Both the position numbers and the translations under genes were made by a program. The notes beneath the pieces were generated by a model that saw only the letters and a list, made by a program, of their open reading frames with translations, was not told the origin of the DNA and made no database searches. Shown here one piece after another: positions 17,442-26,388 of a stretch of DNA of 64,000 bases (position 1 is the first letter of the stretch; the number at the start of each line of letters is the position of its first letter). Source of the DNA: Candidatus Doudnabacteria bacterium (lineage in GTDB: Bacteria; Patescibacteriota; Doudnabacteria; UBA920); assembly GCA_963837465.1 (NCBI GenBank), contig CAWINB010000004.1, positions 138,853 to 202,852 on the forward strand, given 5' to 3'.

Positions 17442-18239
17442 ATGATCAAAACCGATTCACCTCTATATAAAGGTTTAATTTTAATTGGCTTTTCGCAAAA
17501 AGAAGCCAGTGTGTATTTGGCTTTGCTGGAATTGGGCAAACGGACCGTTTCTCCAATTGCTCGGTCAGCCAATATTAACCGAACCACGGTTTACGATATT
17601 TTGGCTTCGTTAATAGCAAAAGGCTTGGTAAGCGTTTCGGGAAAAGAACCACTGCAAGAGTACGTGGCGGAGTCGCCGGAAAAAGTTTTAAGGCTAATAC
17701 AAAAGGAAGTGGAAGACAAACAAGAAAATTTAAAAATAGCAGGGGAGTTAGTTCCCCAGCTTAAATCTATTTATAATGTTTCAGATAGGCCCAAGGTAAG
17801 GTTTTACGAAGGCAAAGAAGGGCTTCAGCAAGTTTATGAAGATACTTTAACTTCCCACGAAACAATTTTGGCTTATGCCAACGTAAAAGAAATGCATAGC
17901 GCTTTACCGGATTATTTTCCCAAATATTACAAACGCAGGACTAACCACGGAGTGCGCATACGCGCGATCGTTCCATCAAATAAAGAGGGAGCCGAACGGA
18001 CCAGCAAAGACAATGAAGAAGCGCGCGAGTCCGCCCTTGTCCCTGAAGATAAAGTCTACTTCTCTCCCGAAATTAACATTTATGACAATAAGGTTATGAT
18101 TGCGTCATGGAAGGAAAAACTGGGAATCATTATAGAAAGCAAAGAAATATCGGACGCGATGAAAACTATTTATGAATTAGCCTGGAGCGAAGCCAAAAGA
18201 TTAGAAAAAAGCTTACCAGCTATTGCAAAAATTCCTTAG
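17442..18239 (+). CDS. TrmB-family transcriptional regulator (paralog 2)
   Basis: 265 aa; long identical blocks with paralog 1 (VRFYEGKEGL.QVYEDTLTSHETILAYA, FSPEINIYDNKVMIASW). Confidence 0.8.
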   Translation: MIKTDSPLYKGLILIGFSQKEASVYLALLELGKRTVSPIARSANINRTTVYDILASLIAKGLVSVSGKEPLQEYVAESPEKVLRLIQKEVEDKQENLKIAGELVPQLKSIYNVSDRPKVRFYEGKEGLQQVYEDTLTSHETILAYANVKEMHSALPDYFPKYYKRRTNHGVRIRAIVPSNKEGAERTSKDNEEARESALVPEDKVYFSPEINIYDNKVMIASWKEKLGIIIESKEISDAMKTIYELAWSEAKRLEKSLPAIAKIP

Positions 18240-18420
18240 ATCTGCTATACTAAGTATAGAAAAGTTAGTTCTTCATTCGAAGAAACCAAAATAAAAAACA
18301 AATCAATAGTTTTTAATTGCCTTATCGTGAGATAATGCTTATATTGCCCTTACTTTTAGGGCGACGGGTCGCAAGGTTTGCTTGCGGCTCACAAAAAACT
18401 TCTTTTGGCTTTTCGAGAAT

Positions 18421-18477
18421 AACCCCTTTTACCAAACAGGCCCGACGGCCTTGGTAAATTAAGGGGTTTTTCTTTTG
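18421..18477 (+). terminator. strong extended intrinsic terminator
   Basis: long imperfect hairpin aacccctttt-accaa...ttggtaaatt-aaggggtt then TTTTCTTTTG; 180 nt downstream of the trmB-2 stop. Confidence 0.6.
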
Positions 18478-18520
18478 TTGGATTTAGTGTAAAATAGGAA
18501 AGCTTAATAAATTTTATGCT

Positions 18521-18560
18521 GATTTACAGATTATCTGATTTTACAGATAATCTGTAAATC
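18521..18560. promoter_or_regulatory. 40 bp operator-like palindrome (17 bp arms, 6 bp spacer)
   Basis: gatttacagattatctg-atttta-cagataatctgtaaatc; arms are perfect reverse complements; 16 nt upstream of the ATG at 18576. Confidence 0.55.
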
Positions 18561-18575
18561 GGAATCAATATCTAT

Positions 18576-18854
18576 ATGGATCAAGACGATATCAAAACTT
18601 TGTTTGACGACAAATACAAAAAACTGCTTGGCCAGTCCTACGAGGAATGGTCGGAAAACGGCCCGCAAAACGAAACCGAAGCCTACGCGCGCCTGCAGGA
18701 AATTGACGACGAGTTAAGGGAAAGCCACGACGAATGGTATGAAGCCGAAGGCGATAAAAAAGAAGAGCTGGAAGAATACCGCGACAAGCTGAAAGCGGAA
18801 TATGATTTCATAGAAGCGGCTTTTGGGCTGGAGGCTCCGGATAAGAATTGGTAG
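18576..18854 (+). CDS. small acidic hypothetical protein
   Basis: 92 aa, strongly acidic, predicted helical; followed by a terminator. Confidence 0.45.
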   Translation: MDQDDIKTLFDDKYKKLLGQSYEEWSENGPQNETEAYARLQEIDDELRESHDEWYEAEGDKKEELEEYRDKLKAEYDFIEAAFGLEAPDKNW

Positions 18855-18889
18855 GTTAGTGACAAAAATGACATAATTGACAAAATTGA

Positions 18890-18936
18890 ACAAAATTTAG
18901 CTCCGGGGCTTTAGCTAAATTTTGTCAATTTTTTAA
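18890..18936 (+). terminator. intrinsic terminator embedded in a TGACAAAAT repeat array
   Basis: stem acaaaatttagct / agctaaattttgt with loop ccggggcttt then T-rich run. Confidence 0.6.
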
Positions 18937-18963
18937 ATCTTTTAAATTTTGTTCAATTAATTC

Positions 18964-19629
18964 ATGCTTTACGTAGTAGCGACGCCAATTGGTAATTTAG
19001 AAGATATAACTTTAAGGGCAATAAGCTCCCTAAAAAGTTGTGATTTTGTAATTGCCGAAAATCCGCTTTATTCCAAAAGGCTGATGGAGCATATCGGGGC
19101 GTGGCCAAAAGAAATGGTGCAGTTTGCCGAATTTAACGAACAGCAAATTGTAAAAGATTTAACCAGGCGGCTGGCAAAATCCGACGGGTGTTTTATAACC
19201 AATGCCGGCACGCCCGGAATTTCCGATCCTGGTTTTCGCCTGGTAAGGGAGTGCGTAAAAGAAAATGTCGCTGTAGTCCCAATCCCCGGCGCCAGCGCCG
19301 CCATTGCCGCTCTTTCCGCTTCCGGATTGCCAACAGATAAATTTTTATTTTTGGGATTTTTACAAAAGACCGCGGCCAAAACCGTGAGCGCGCTGCAAAG
19401 CGCGGCGGACGCGGAAGCCACGGCAATTTTTTACGAATCACCGGAGCGGATTTTAAAAACTTTAAATTACATTAGCAACGCTTTTCCAACCAGCCAAATC
19501 GTCGCCGCCCGCGAACTAACCAAACTGCATGAAGAATTCATCCGCGGCACGCCAATGCAGGTAATAGACTCGCTTAAAGACAGGGCTTCTATAAAGGGCG
19601 AGTTTACTATACTAGTATCATTTAAATAA
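18964..19629 (+). CDS. rsmI: 16S rRNA 2'-O-methyltransferase RsmI-like (tetrapyrrole methylase fold)
   Basis: 221 aa; MLYVVATPIGNLEDITLRA...ENPL N-terminal signature of RsmI. Confidence 0.8.
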   Translation: MLYVVATPIGNLEDITLRAISSLKSCDFVIAENPLYSKRLMEHIGAWPKEMVQFAEFNEQQIVKDLTRRLAKSDGCFITNAGTPGISDPGFRLVRECVKENVAVVPIPGASAAIAALSASGLPTDKFLFLGFLQKTAAKTVSALQSAADAEATAIFYESPERILKTLNYISNAFPTSQIVAARELTKLHEEFIRGTPMQVIDSLKDRASIKGEFTILVSFK

Positions 19630-19660
19630 TTGACCATAATTGTCAAAATTGACATAATTT

Positions 19661-19978
19661 ATGGACCACTTCGAGTTACAAAAACGAACCAAAATATTTG
19701 CAGTCAGAATAATTAAGTTAGTTAAGTCTCTACAAGGCGATCCTATTGGAAAAATTATCGGCAATTATCAATTACTCCGATCCGGAACAGCGATCGCCGC
19801 TAATTATAGGGCCGCTTGTAGATGCAAGTCGTCAAAGGATTTTGTATCTAAGATCGGTACTGTGGTAGAAGAGGCCGATGAAACCCAATTCTGGCTGGAA
19901 ATCTTAGTTGAGTCAGATGTAGTTAAAATTGATTTAATCAAAGATTTATTAAAAGAAGCTGGTGAAACACTGCGATAA
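19661..19978 (+). CDS. four-helix-bundle protein (23S rRNA intervening-sequence protein family)
   Basis: 105 aa; block TAIAANYRAACRCKSSKDFVSKIGTVVEEADETQFWLEIL matches the conserved core of this family. Confidence 0.65.
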   Translation: MDHFELQKRTKIFAVRIIKLVKSLQGDPIGKIIGNYQLLRSGTAIAANYRAACRCKSSKDFVSKIGTVVEEADETQFWLEILVESDVVKIDLIKDLLKEAGETLR

Positions 19979-20068
19979 TGACTGCGTCCAAAGCGACAGC
20001 AGTAAAAAATTTGGGCAGAAAATAATTATGTCATTTTTGTCAATTTTTTAAATTTTGTTCAATATTTT

Positions 20069-20785
20069 ATGTCCGGGCATTCCAAATGGTCACAAATTAA
20101 AAGAACCAAGGGCGTCCTTGACCAGAAACGGGGACTTTTGTTTTCCAAATTGGGCAAAAAAATTTCCATTGCCGTTAAAGAAGGCGGCAGTGGGGATCCG
20201 GCTGCTAATTTTAAATTAAAAAGCGCGGTTGAGTATGCCAAGGCCCAGGGTATGCCCAATGATAATATAGACAGGGCCATAAAAGCCGGGAGCGGGGAAG
20301 CCGCGGGTAATATTAAAGAGGTTATTTACGAAGGCTACGGCCCGTTTGGCACGGCATTTTTGGTGGAAGCCGCGACAGATAACAGCAACCGGACTTTTAA
20401 CAACATCCGCAAAATTTTTAACGAGCATAACGGCAGTATTGGCGCGCGGGGCAGCGTAGCCTGGCAGTTTAATACTAAAGGCCAAATTTTGGTGGAGCGG
20501 GACAGTAACATCGAAAATTTAGAAATGGCGGCGATTGACGCGGGCGCCCAAGATGTTCGCGAGTCAGCGGAGGGTTTGGAAGTTTATACCCAAGCCCAGG
20601 ATTTACAAAAAATAAAAGAAGCTCTGGCAAAAGCCGGCGCCAAAATCGCGCAGGCGGACATTATTAAAGAATCATCACAAGGTACGGATTTGGCCGAACG
20701 GCAAAAACCGAAAGTTGAGGCTTTGTTCGCGGCGCTTGAGAACGATGAAGACGTTATCGCGGTTCACACATCAGCAAATCTTTAA
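20069..20785 (+). CDS. yebC: YebC/PmpR-family DNA-binding regulator
   Basis: 238 aa; MSGHSKWSQIKRTKG N-terminus diagnostic of the YebC family. Confidence 0.9.
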   Translation: MSGHSKWSQIKRTKGVLDQKRGLLFSKLGKKISIAVKEGGSGDPAANFKLKSAVEYAKAQGMPNDNIDRAIKAGSGEAAGNIKEVIYEGYGPFGTAFLVEAATDNSNRTFNNIRKIFNEHNGSIGARGSVAWQFNTKGQILVERDSNIENLEMAAIDAGAQDVRESAEGLEVYTQAQDLQKIKEALAKAGAKIAQADIIKESSQGTDLAERQKPKVEALFAALENDEDVIAVHTSANL

Positions 20786-20892
20786 CCGAATCAGCTTCAG
20801 AGAACCATTCCGAAGCGAAGCTGGGGAATCCCTTACAATCGCGGGATGTTTCCATAAGGGATCCCTCGGATGCGCTCAAAACAAAGCAAGCC

Positions 20893-21381
20893 ATGATTAT
20901 CTTAGGAATTGACCCGGGCACAGCCACAACCGGATTCGGCGTTATAAATCAAAATAAAAGCCAGCCCGAGCTGGTCGATTTTGGCGTCGTAGCTACTGAT
21001 AAAACCCTTAGCGACGCGGAACGTCTGGGAATTTTAGCCGATGATTTAACATCAATAATAAAAAAATTCAAGCCCGAAGCCGTGGGCGTGGAAAAACTTT
21101 TTTTAACCACCAACCAAAAAACCGTAATGACGGTCAGCCAGGCGCGCGGCGTAGTTTTGCTGACCTGCCAAAAGCACAAACTCCGCGTTTTTGAATTCAC
21201 GCCTCTGCAAATCAAAAATTTTATCTGCGGCTACGGCAAAGCCGAAAAAAAACAGATACAGTACATGGTGCAAAAAACTTTTAAATTAAAAACCCCGCCC
21301 AAACCCGACGACGCGGCCGACGCCCTGGCCATTGCCCTGTGCGCCGGGCACCATTTTTTTAAAGCCAGCCGTATTAAGTAA
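20893..21381 (+). CDS. ruvC: crossover junction endodeoxyribonuclease RuvC
   Basis: 162 aa; IILGIDPGTATTGFGVI N-terminus and RNase-H fold acidic residues. Confidence 0.9.
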   Translation: MIILGIDPGTATTGFGVINQNKSQPELVDFGVVATDKTLSDAERLGILADDLTSIIKKFKPEAVGVEKLFLTTNQKTVMTVSQARGVVLLTCQKHKLRVFEFTPLQIKNFICGYGKAEKKQIQYMVQKTFKLKTPPKPDDAADALAIALCAGHHFFKASRIK

Positions 21382-21513
21382 CAAACCGAGAGCGGTTACT
21401 TTATCCACAACCGCACAAAACTGGACAAATTTAATTAATAGTTGTTATAATGCTCTTAAATAAGAGCTTTAATTATTACTCCTTGGGAGGGTTCCTAAGG
21501 GAAAGGGACAACA

Positions 21514-21618
21514 ATGCTTTTTGACGACGAAGACCCAGCAGTCAAAAAAGACGGCGGCACAGACGAAGAAGACAAGGATGAAGCTGATGACGAAGACGAT
21601 GACGATACCGATAAATAA
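21514..21618 (+). CDS. very small highly acidic peptide (34 aa), hypothetical
   Basis: MLFDDEDPAVKKDGGTDEEDKDEADDEDDDDTDK; preceded by extended -10 TGtTATAAT at ~21452 and an AAGGGA RBS; followed by a strong terminator. Confidence 0.35.
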   Translation: MLFDDEDPAVKKDGGTDEEDKDEADDEDDDDTDK

Positions 21619-21644
21619 ACTCGGCGCGTACTCTATCGTAAACT

Positions 21645-21676
21645 AAAACCCCTCCATACATAAAGGAGGGGTTTTA
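21645..21676 (+). terminator. intrinsic terminator
   Basis: perfect 10 bp stem aaacccctcc / ggaggggttt with loop atacataaa, then T-run. Confidence 0.6.
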
Positions 21677-21787
21677 GTTACTTAAGAGACACTTCATCGC
21701 GTTTCTAAGCGTAGGGGCCGAGATTGCTCGCCCGCGACTCCCGGGCGGCCAAAGCCAGCCCCTACAAAAGCCTCTTGATATGCCCGG

Positions 21788-22978
21788 TTATATTAATTTA
21801 GCCAGTTTTCTTTTTCCTACCTGAACTATACTTATTTGTTTTAAGTCAACCGGGCTATTTCTTTCCGTTATTTTTTTACCATCAATTTTAACCCCGCCCT
21901 GTTCAATATTTCTCCTGGCTTCGTTTTTACTGGACACCAGCTCCAAAGCAAGCAATAAATCTTCGGTAGTCTCGGCGCTGATTTTTGTCCTGGAAACTTC
22001 TTTAATACCTTCCGGCAGTTCGCCCTTGCTGAATTGGTTGATAAAAGACTGCTTGGCTTCCAGGGCTTTTTTGGGTCCATTATAAAGCTCGGTAATTTTT
22101 TCCGCCAAAATAAGTTTTTGATCGCGGGGATTCGGCAATTTCAGAATTTCCTCAATTTCACTAATTTCCACTCTCGTTGCCAAAACAAAATATTTTTTTA
22201 TTAAATCGTCACGTATAGACATTATTTTACCAAACATATCGTTGGGCTCATCACGCAAGCCAATGTAATTCCCCAAACTCTTACTCATTTTTTCTTTGCC
22301 ATCAAGGCCAATAAGAATAGGCACGAGCATAATATCCTGCGGAGGTTGGCCAAAGGCTTTTTGTAAATGCCGACCCATTAATACATTAAATTTTTGAGCC
22401 GGATCTCCTAATTCCAGATTCGATTTCACTGCCACAGAATCATAACCCTGCAATAAAGGATACAAGGCTTCGTGAAGCGCGAAGGGCAATTGTTCTTTTA
22501 TGCGTTTGCGAAAAGTTTCATGGGATAATAACTCACCCATAGAAACCAGTGAAGCTAATTTCATGATTTCAGACAACCCCATTTTTTCAAACCATTCACT
22601 CTGAAAATGAACTTCGGTACGCTTTGGATCCAAAATTAAATTTGCCTGTTTTACAAACTCTTTACTGTTTGCGTCAACTTGCTTGCGGCTTAAAGCCGGG
22701 CGAGTTTCGTCCTTGCCCGAAGGATCCCCAATCATTGCTGTCCAATCACCAATAATGAGCACGGCAGTGTGACCCAATGCTTGAAATTCTTTTAACTTTA
22801 AAAGGGGTACGGCATGGCCAATATGCAAGTCGGGGCGATTTGGATCAATTCCTAATTTTACGCGTAATTTTTTTTTGCCGTTTAAAGCCTGTTCTAAGTG
22901 GGCTTTATCTATAACTTCCTCAACGCCGCGGCTGAGAAGTTCGGTTATGGAATCGATGGATAAATTTTTCAGAGCCAT
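21788..22978 (-). CDS. tyrS: tyrosine--tRNA ligase
   Basis: 396 aa; HIGH motif (PDLHIGHAVP), KMSKS motif (KMSKSLGN), C-terminal S4-like domain. Confidence 0.95.
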   Translation of the reverse strand: MALKNLSIDSITELLSRGVEEVIDKAHLEQALNGKKKLRVKLGIDPNRPDLHIGHAVPLLKLKEFQALGHTAVLIIGDWTAMIGDPSGKDETRPALSRKQVDANSKEFVKQANLILDPKRTEVHFQSEWFEKMGLSEIMKLASLVSMGELLSHETFRKRIKEQLPFALHEALYPLLQGYDSVAVKSNLELGDPAQKFNVLMGRHLQKAFGQPPQDIMLVPILIGLDGKEKMSKSLGNYIGLRDEPNDMFGKIMSIRDDLIKKYFVLATRVEISEIEEILKLPNPRDQKLILAEKITELYNGPKKALEAKQSFINQFSKGELPEGIKEVSRTKISAETTEDLLLALELVSSKNEARRNIEQGGVKIDGKKITERNSPVDLKQISIVQVGKRKLAKLI

Positions 22979-22989
22979 AAATAACAGCG

Positions 22990-23310
22990 GATTATAATAT
23001 GATAGCTTGGTTGGTTAATAATTTTTCGCCCAAAATACGCTCTTTGGCCAAACCCTTGCTAAAAATTTTTCCGCTTAGCTTTAGTTAAACATCAAAATTT
23101 TTCAACCACTGTGCACTGGAAGCGCGCAGACTGCTCGCCGACTGGAAGTCGAGAACAGCGGAGGAATTATCTATTAATTTTTACTGAAGTGACCGCCTGA
23201 AGGCGTGGGAACTCACCGCCCCAAATGGAGGCCTTAGACCGCGGTTTTGTCTCAAATATCATATTTTGCATCAAAAAATTATTAACCAACCAAGCTATGC
23301 CATTATAGCA
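22990..23310. repeat. ~35 bp inverted repeat pair (26 bp perfect core) flanking ~250 bp
   Basis: tataat...atagcttggttggttaataattttt at 22993-23025; its reverse complement aaaaattattaaccaaccaagctat...attata at 23273-23310. Confidence 0.8.
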
Positions 23311-23369
23311 TTTTTCTTAAATCATAAAAACGGCTATAATTCATCGCAGGTAGATGCTTAACCAAAACC

Positions 23370-26228
23370 ATGCGCGTATACAGTTACAAAACCCCGCAAG
23401 TTGAATCCTCGTCAAAAAGTCCCAAAAAGAAATCCGGGCGGAAACTCAGTTTTAAGTTCGGCAAATTTACCTGGAAGAAATTTTTTACCTGGATATTCCG
23501 CCTGTTCGCCCTGGGCATTGTGCTGGTCGCAGTGCTGTTTTTGTATTACTCCAGGAACCTGCCCGACCCCGACAAACTGCTGACCAGGGACGTGCCGGAG
23601 TCCACCAAAATTTACGCGCGCGACGGCAGCCTGCTTTACGAAATCCACGGCGAATACAAACGCACCGAGATTAACCTAAACCAGGTGCCGCTGCTGGCCC
23701 AGGAAGCGACCATCGCGGTGGAAGACAAAAATTTTTATAAGGAAGGCGGCATTTCTCCCACCGGAATAGTCAGGGCCGCGCTGGCCGATATTTTAAGCCT
23801 GCACAAAAGCGAGGGCGCCAGTACCATTACCCAGCAATTTGTTAAAAACGCGATTTTAACCGACAATAAATCCTGGGACCGCAAAATCCGCGAAGCCATT
23901 TTAGCCATAGCCATAGACGCGCGTTTTTCCAAAAGCCAAATACTGCAGCTGTATTTAAACGAAATCCCTTACGGCCGTAACGCTTACGGCATTGAGGCGG
24001 CGGCTGAAACTTATTTTAATATTCCAGCCGGCAGTCTGGACTTGGCGCAGAGCGCTTACCTCTCGGCCTTAATCCAGGCGCCGACTTTTTACAGTCCTAC
24101 CGGACCCAACCGCGCGGCCCTGGACCAAAGAAAAAATACGGTGCTGGCTTTAATGCGGCAGCAAGGCTACATCACCGCTCTGCAGGAAAAGCAGGCGGCA
24201 AACGAAACTGTAACTTTTTCGGATATCACCAACGGGATTAAAGCCCCGCACTTTGTGCTGTGGGTGGAAAGCTACCTGGCTGCCAAATACGGCGAAGTAA
24301 CTTTGGAGCAGGGCGGTTTGCAGGTCTACACCACGCTCGACCCAAGGCTTCAGACAATTGCCGAAACTGTAGTTAAGGCGGATGTAGCCAAGGAAACAAA
24401 ATATAATGTCGGGAACGCGGCCCTGGTAGCCATAGACCCCAAAACCGGACAGGTGCTGGCCATGGTCGGCAGCAAAGATTACTTTGGCACACCCGAACCC
24501 GCCGGCTGCGTCCCGGGGAAAAATTGCGCCTTTGAACCCGATGTCAACGTCGCCCTTGCCCAGCGCCAGCCAGGATCCAGCTTTAAGCCTTACGTTTACG
24601 CCACCGCTTTTAAAAAAGGCTTTGGTTACGCTCCGGCTTCCATGCTCATGGACGTGGTCACGGATTTTGGCACCTACAACGGCAAAGATTACATTCCCCA
24701 CAATTACAGCGATGAAAGTTACGGGCCGGTCTCCATGCGGCAGGCTTTGGCCGGCAGTTTAAACGTACCCGCGGTTAAAACTCTGGCCTTGGTAGGCGTG
24801 GATAACGCGGTGCAGACAGCGCACGATTTGGGTATTACCAGTCCGCTGCAGGATTGCGGTTTGTCATTGGTTTTAGGCGGCTGCGAAGTGGATTTGCTGG
24901 ACCACGTAGCGGCTTACTCGGTCATTGCCAATGAAGGCGTCAAGAACCCTGAAACCGCGATTTTAAAAATTCTGGATAAAAACGGCAACGTCCTGGAACA
25001 ATACCAGCCCAATCCCCAGGAAGTTCTGGACCCGCAGGATGCCTACGAAATAATCAGCATCCTGACCGACAACAACGCCCGCGCCTTCGTGTTTGGCGCC
25101 AATTCCGCCATGTACATACCAGGCCGTACGGTGGCCGCCAAAACCGGCACCACCCAGAATTTCCGCGACGGCTGGACTTTGGGCTTTACCCCGTCGCTGG
25201 CCGCCGGAGTCTGGGCCGGCAACAACGATGGCGAATTGCTTAAGTCTGGATCCGACGGCGTAGTGGTGGCCGCGCCTATCTGGAAAGATTTTATGGAGCA
25301 GGCTCTGGCCAGCACCACGCCGGAAACTTTTGCCGTACCCCCAGGCATCCAGCAGGTTGTGGTGGATAGCGTTTCCGGCAAATTGCCGACCGACGCCACC
25401 CCCCAGACCAAAACCGAAACCTTTGCCGACTATTCCGTACCCACGGATTTTGACAACGTCCACCAAAAAATCGCTTTTGATGCCACCACCAATCTTCCGG
25501 CCACCAGCCTGACGCCTCCGGCCGACATCACCTATAAACTCTACACGGTGCTGCGCAGCGAAATGCCGAACAATCCCAACTGGGAAGACCCGGTGGAAGC
25601 CTGGGCTTTGGCGCACGGCTACAGTTACCCGCCCGGGGGGGCCGAAGTGGCGCAGCAAACTCCAGGCAACGGCCAGAGCGTTGCCGTGAACATTCTGGAC
25701 CCGTCCGACGGCGAAACAATTTCCCAGGTGCCTTTTGATGTTACGGTAAGCGCGGCCTTCGCCAGCGGCATTGCCCGCGTGGATTTGTCCATAGACGGCC
25801 AATACTACCAAAGCGAAACCTCGGAGCCGTTTGTGTTTACCGTCAACACACCTTTGGACAATGGTCCGCATACGTTGGCCGCGCACGCCGTGGACAACAG
25901 CGGGGCAACAGCCGACACCAGCGCCGGCATTACATTGGATACTGATTCGCCGCTGGTTTTAACCAGTCCGCCGGGCCAGAGCCTACTGCAGTTTCCCGCG
26001 ACTTTAATTGCCGAAGATGAAAAATATTTCAACGCGGTCAATTTTTATTATGAAACGCCGGGAGGTACTCCAACCCTAATCGGCCCGGCCAGCAATATTA
26101 ACCACAGCGAAAACGACTATAATTACAGCTTAACCTGGCAAACTCCGCCGCCTTCCGGCACCTACCAAATTTACGCCCAAAGCGACACGGGAGTTGCCAG
26201 CGTAAAAGTTCAGGTCAGCGTACCGTAA
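23370..26228 (+). CDS. mrcA: class A penicillin-binding protein (PBP1a-type transglycosylase/transpeptidase) with C-terminal Ig-like extension
   Basis: 952 aa; N-terminal TM; glycosyltransferase motifs (EDKNFY, RKIRE); transpeptidase SxxK/SxN/KTG (KTGTT); ~200 aa beta-rich C-terminal extension. Confidence 0.9.
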   Translation: MRVYSYKTPQVESSSKSPKKKSGRKLSFKFGKFTWKKFFTWIFRLFALGIVLVAVLFLYYSRNLPDPDKLLTRDVPESTKIYARDGSLLYEIHGEYKRTEINLNQVPLLAQEATIAVEDKNFYKEGGISPTGIVRAALADILSLHKSEGASTITQQFVKNAILTDNKSWDRKIREAILAIAIDARFSKSQILQLYLNEIPYGRNAYGIEAAAETYFNIPAGSLDLAQSAYLSALIQAPTFYSPTGPNRAALDQRKNTVLALMRQQGYITALQEKQAANETVTFSDITNGIKAPHFVLWVESYLAAKYGEVTLEQGGLQVYTTLDPRLQTIAETVVKADVAKETKYNVGNAALVAIDPKTGQVLAMVGSKDYFGTPEPAGCVPGKNCAFEPDVNVALAQRQPGSSFKPYVYATAFKKGFGYAPASMLMDVVTDFGTYNGKDYIPHNYSDESYGPVSMRQALAGSLNVPAVKTLALVGVDNAVQTAHDLGITSPLQDCGLSLVLGGCEVDLLDHVAAYSVIANEGVKNPETAILKILDKNGNVLEQYQPNPQEVLDPQDAYEIISILTDNNARAFVFGANSAMYIPGRTVAAKTGTTQNFRDGWTLGFTPSLAAGVWAGNNDGELLKSGSDGVVVAAPIWKDFMEQALASTTPETFAVPPGIQQVVVDSVSGKLPTDATPQTKTETFADYSVPTDFDNVHQKIAFDATTNLPATSLTPPADITYKLYTVLRSEMPNNPNWEDPVEAWALAHGYSYPPGGAEVAQQTPGNGQSVAVNILDPSDGETISQVPFDVTVSAAFASGIARVDLSIDGQYYQSETSEPFVFTVNTPLDNGPHTLAAHAVDNSGATADTSAGITLDTDSPLVLTSPPGQSLLQFPATLIAEDEKYFNAVNFYYETPGGTPTLIGPASNINHSENDYNYSLTWQTPPPSGTYQIYAQSDTGVASVKVQVSVP

Positions 26229-26342
26229 GGACTAATGACAAAAACGGCAATCTTTTAAATTTATCATAGTTGTCATCCCGAGTGCATCCGACTTGTCCGC
26301 CGTAGCCTTGGCGAAGGCAGAGGGATCCCTCGCTTCGTTTGG

Positions 26343-26366
26343 GACGGCATTAATGCCGTTTTTGTC
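26343..26366 (+). terminator. intrinsic terminator
   Basis: acggca-ttaa-tgccgt then TTTTTG. Confidence 0.45.
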
Positions 26367-26388
26367 AATTTTGTCATTTTTTTAATTT

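Noticed and set aside
22979-23369. T-box riboswitch upstream of tyrS
   Set aside because: Searched the minus-strand leader for the conserved AAnnnGGGTGGnACCGCG T-box sequence and a Tyr specifier context; not found. The region is instead dominated by a 35 bp inverted repeat pair
24150-25886. Minus-strand ORFs (183, 307, 122 aa) inside the PBP1a gene
   Set aside because: Antisense to a well-supported 952 aa CDS; Gly/Arg/Ala-rich composition typical of GC-rich antisense frames
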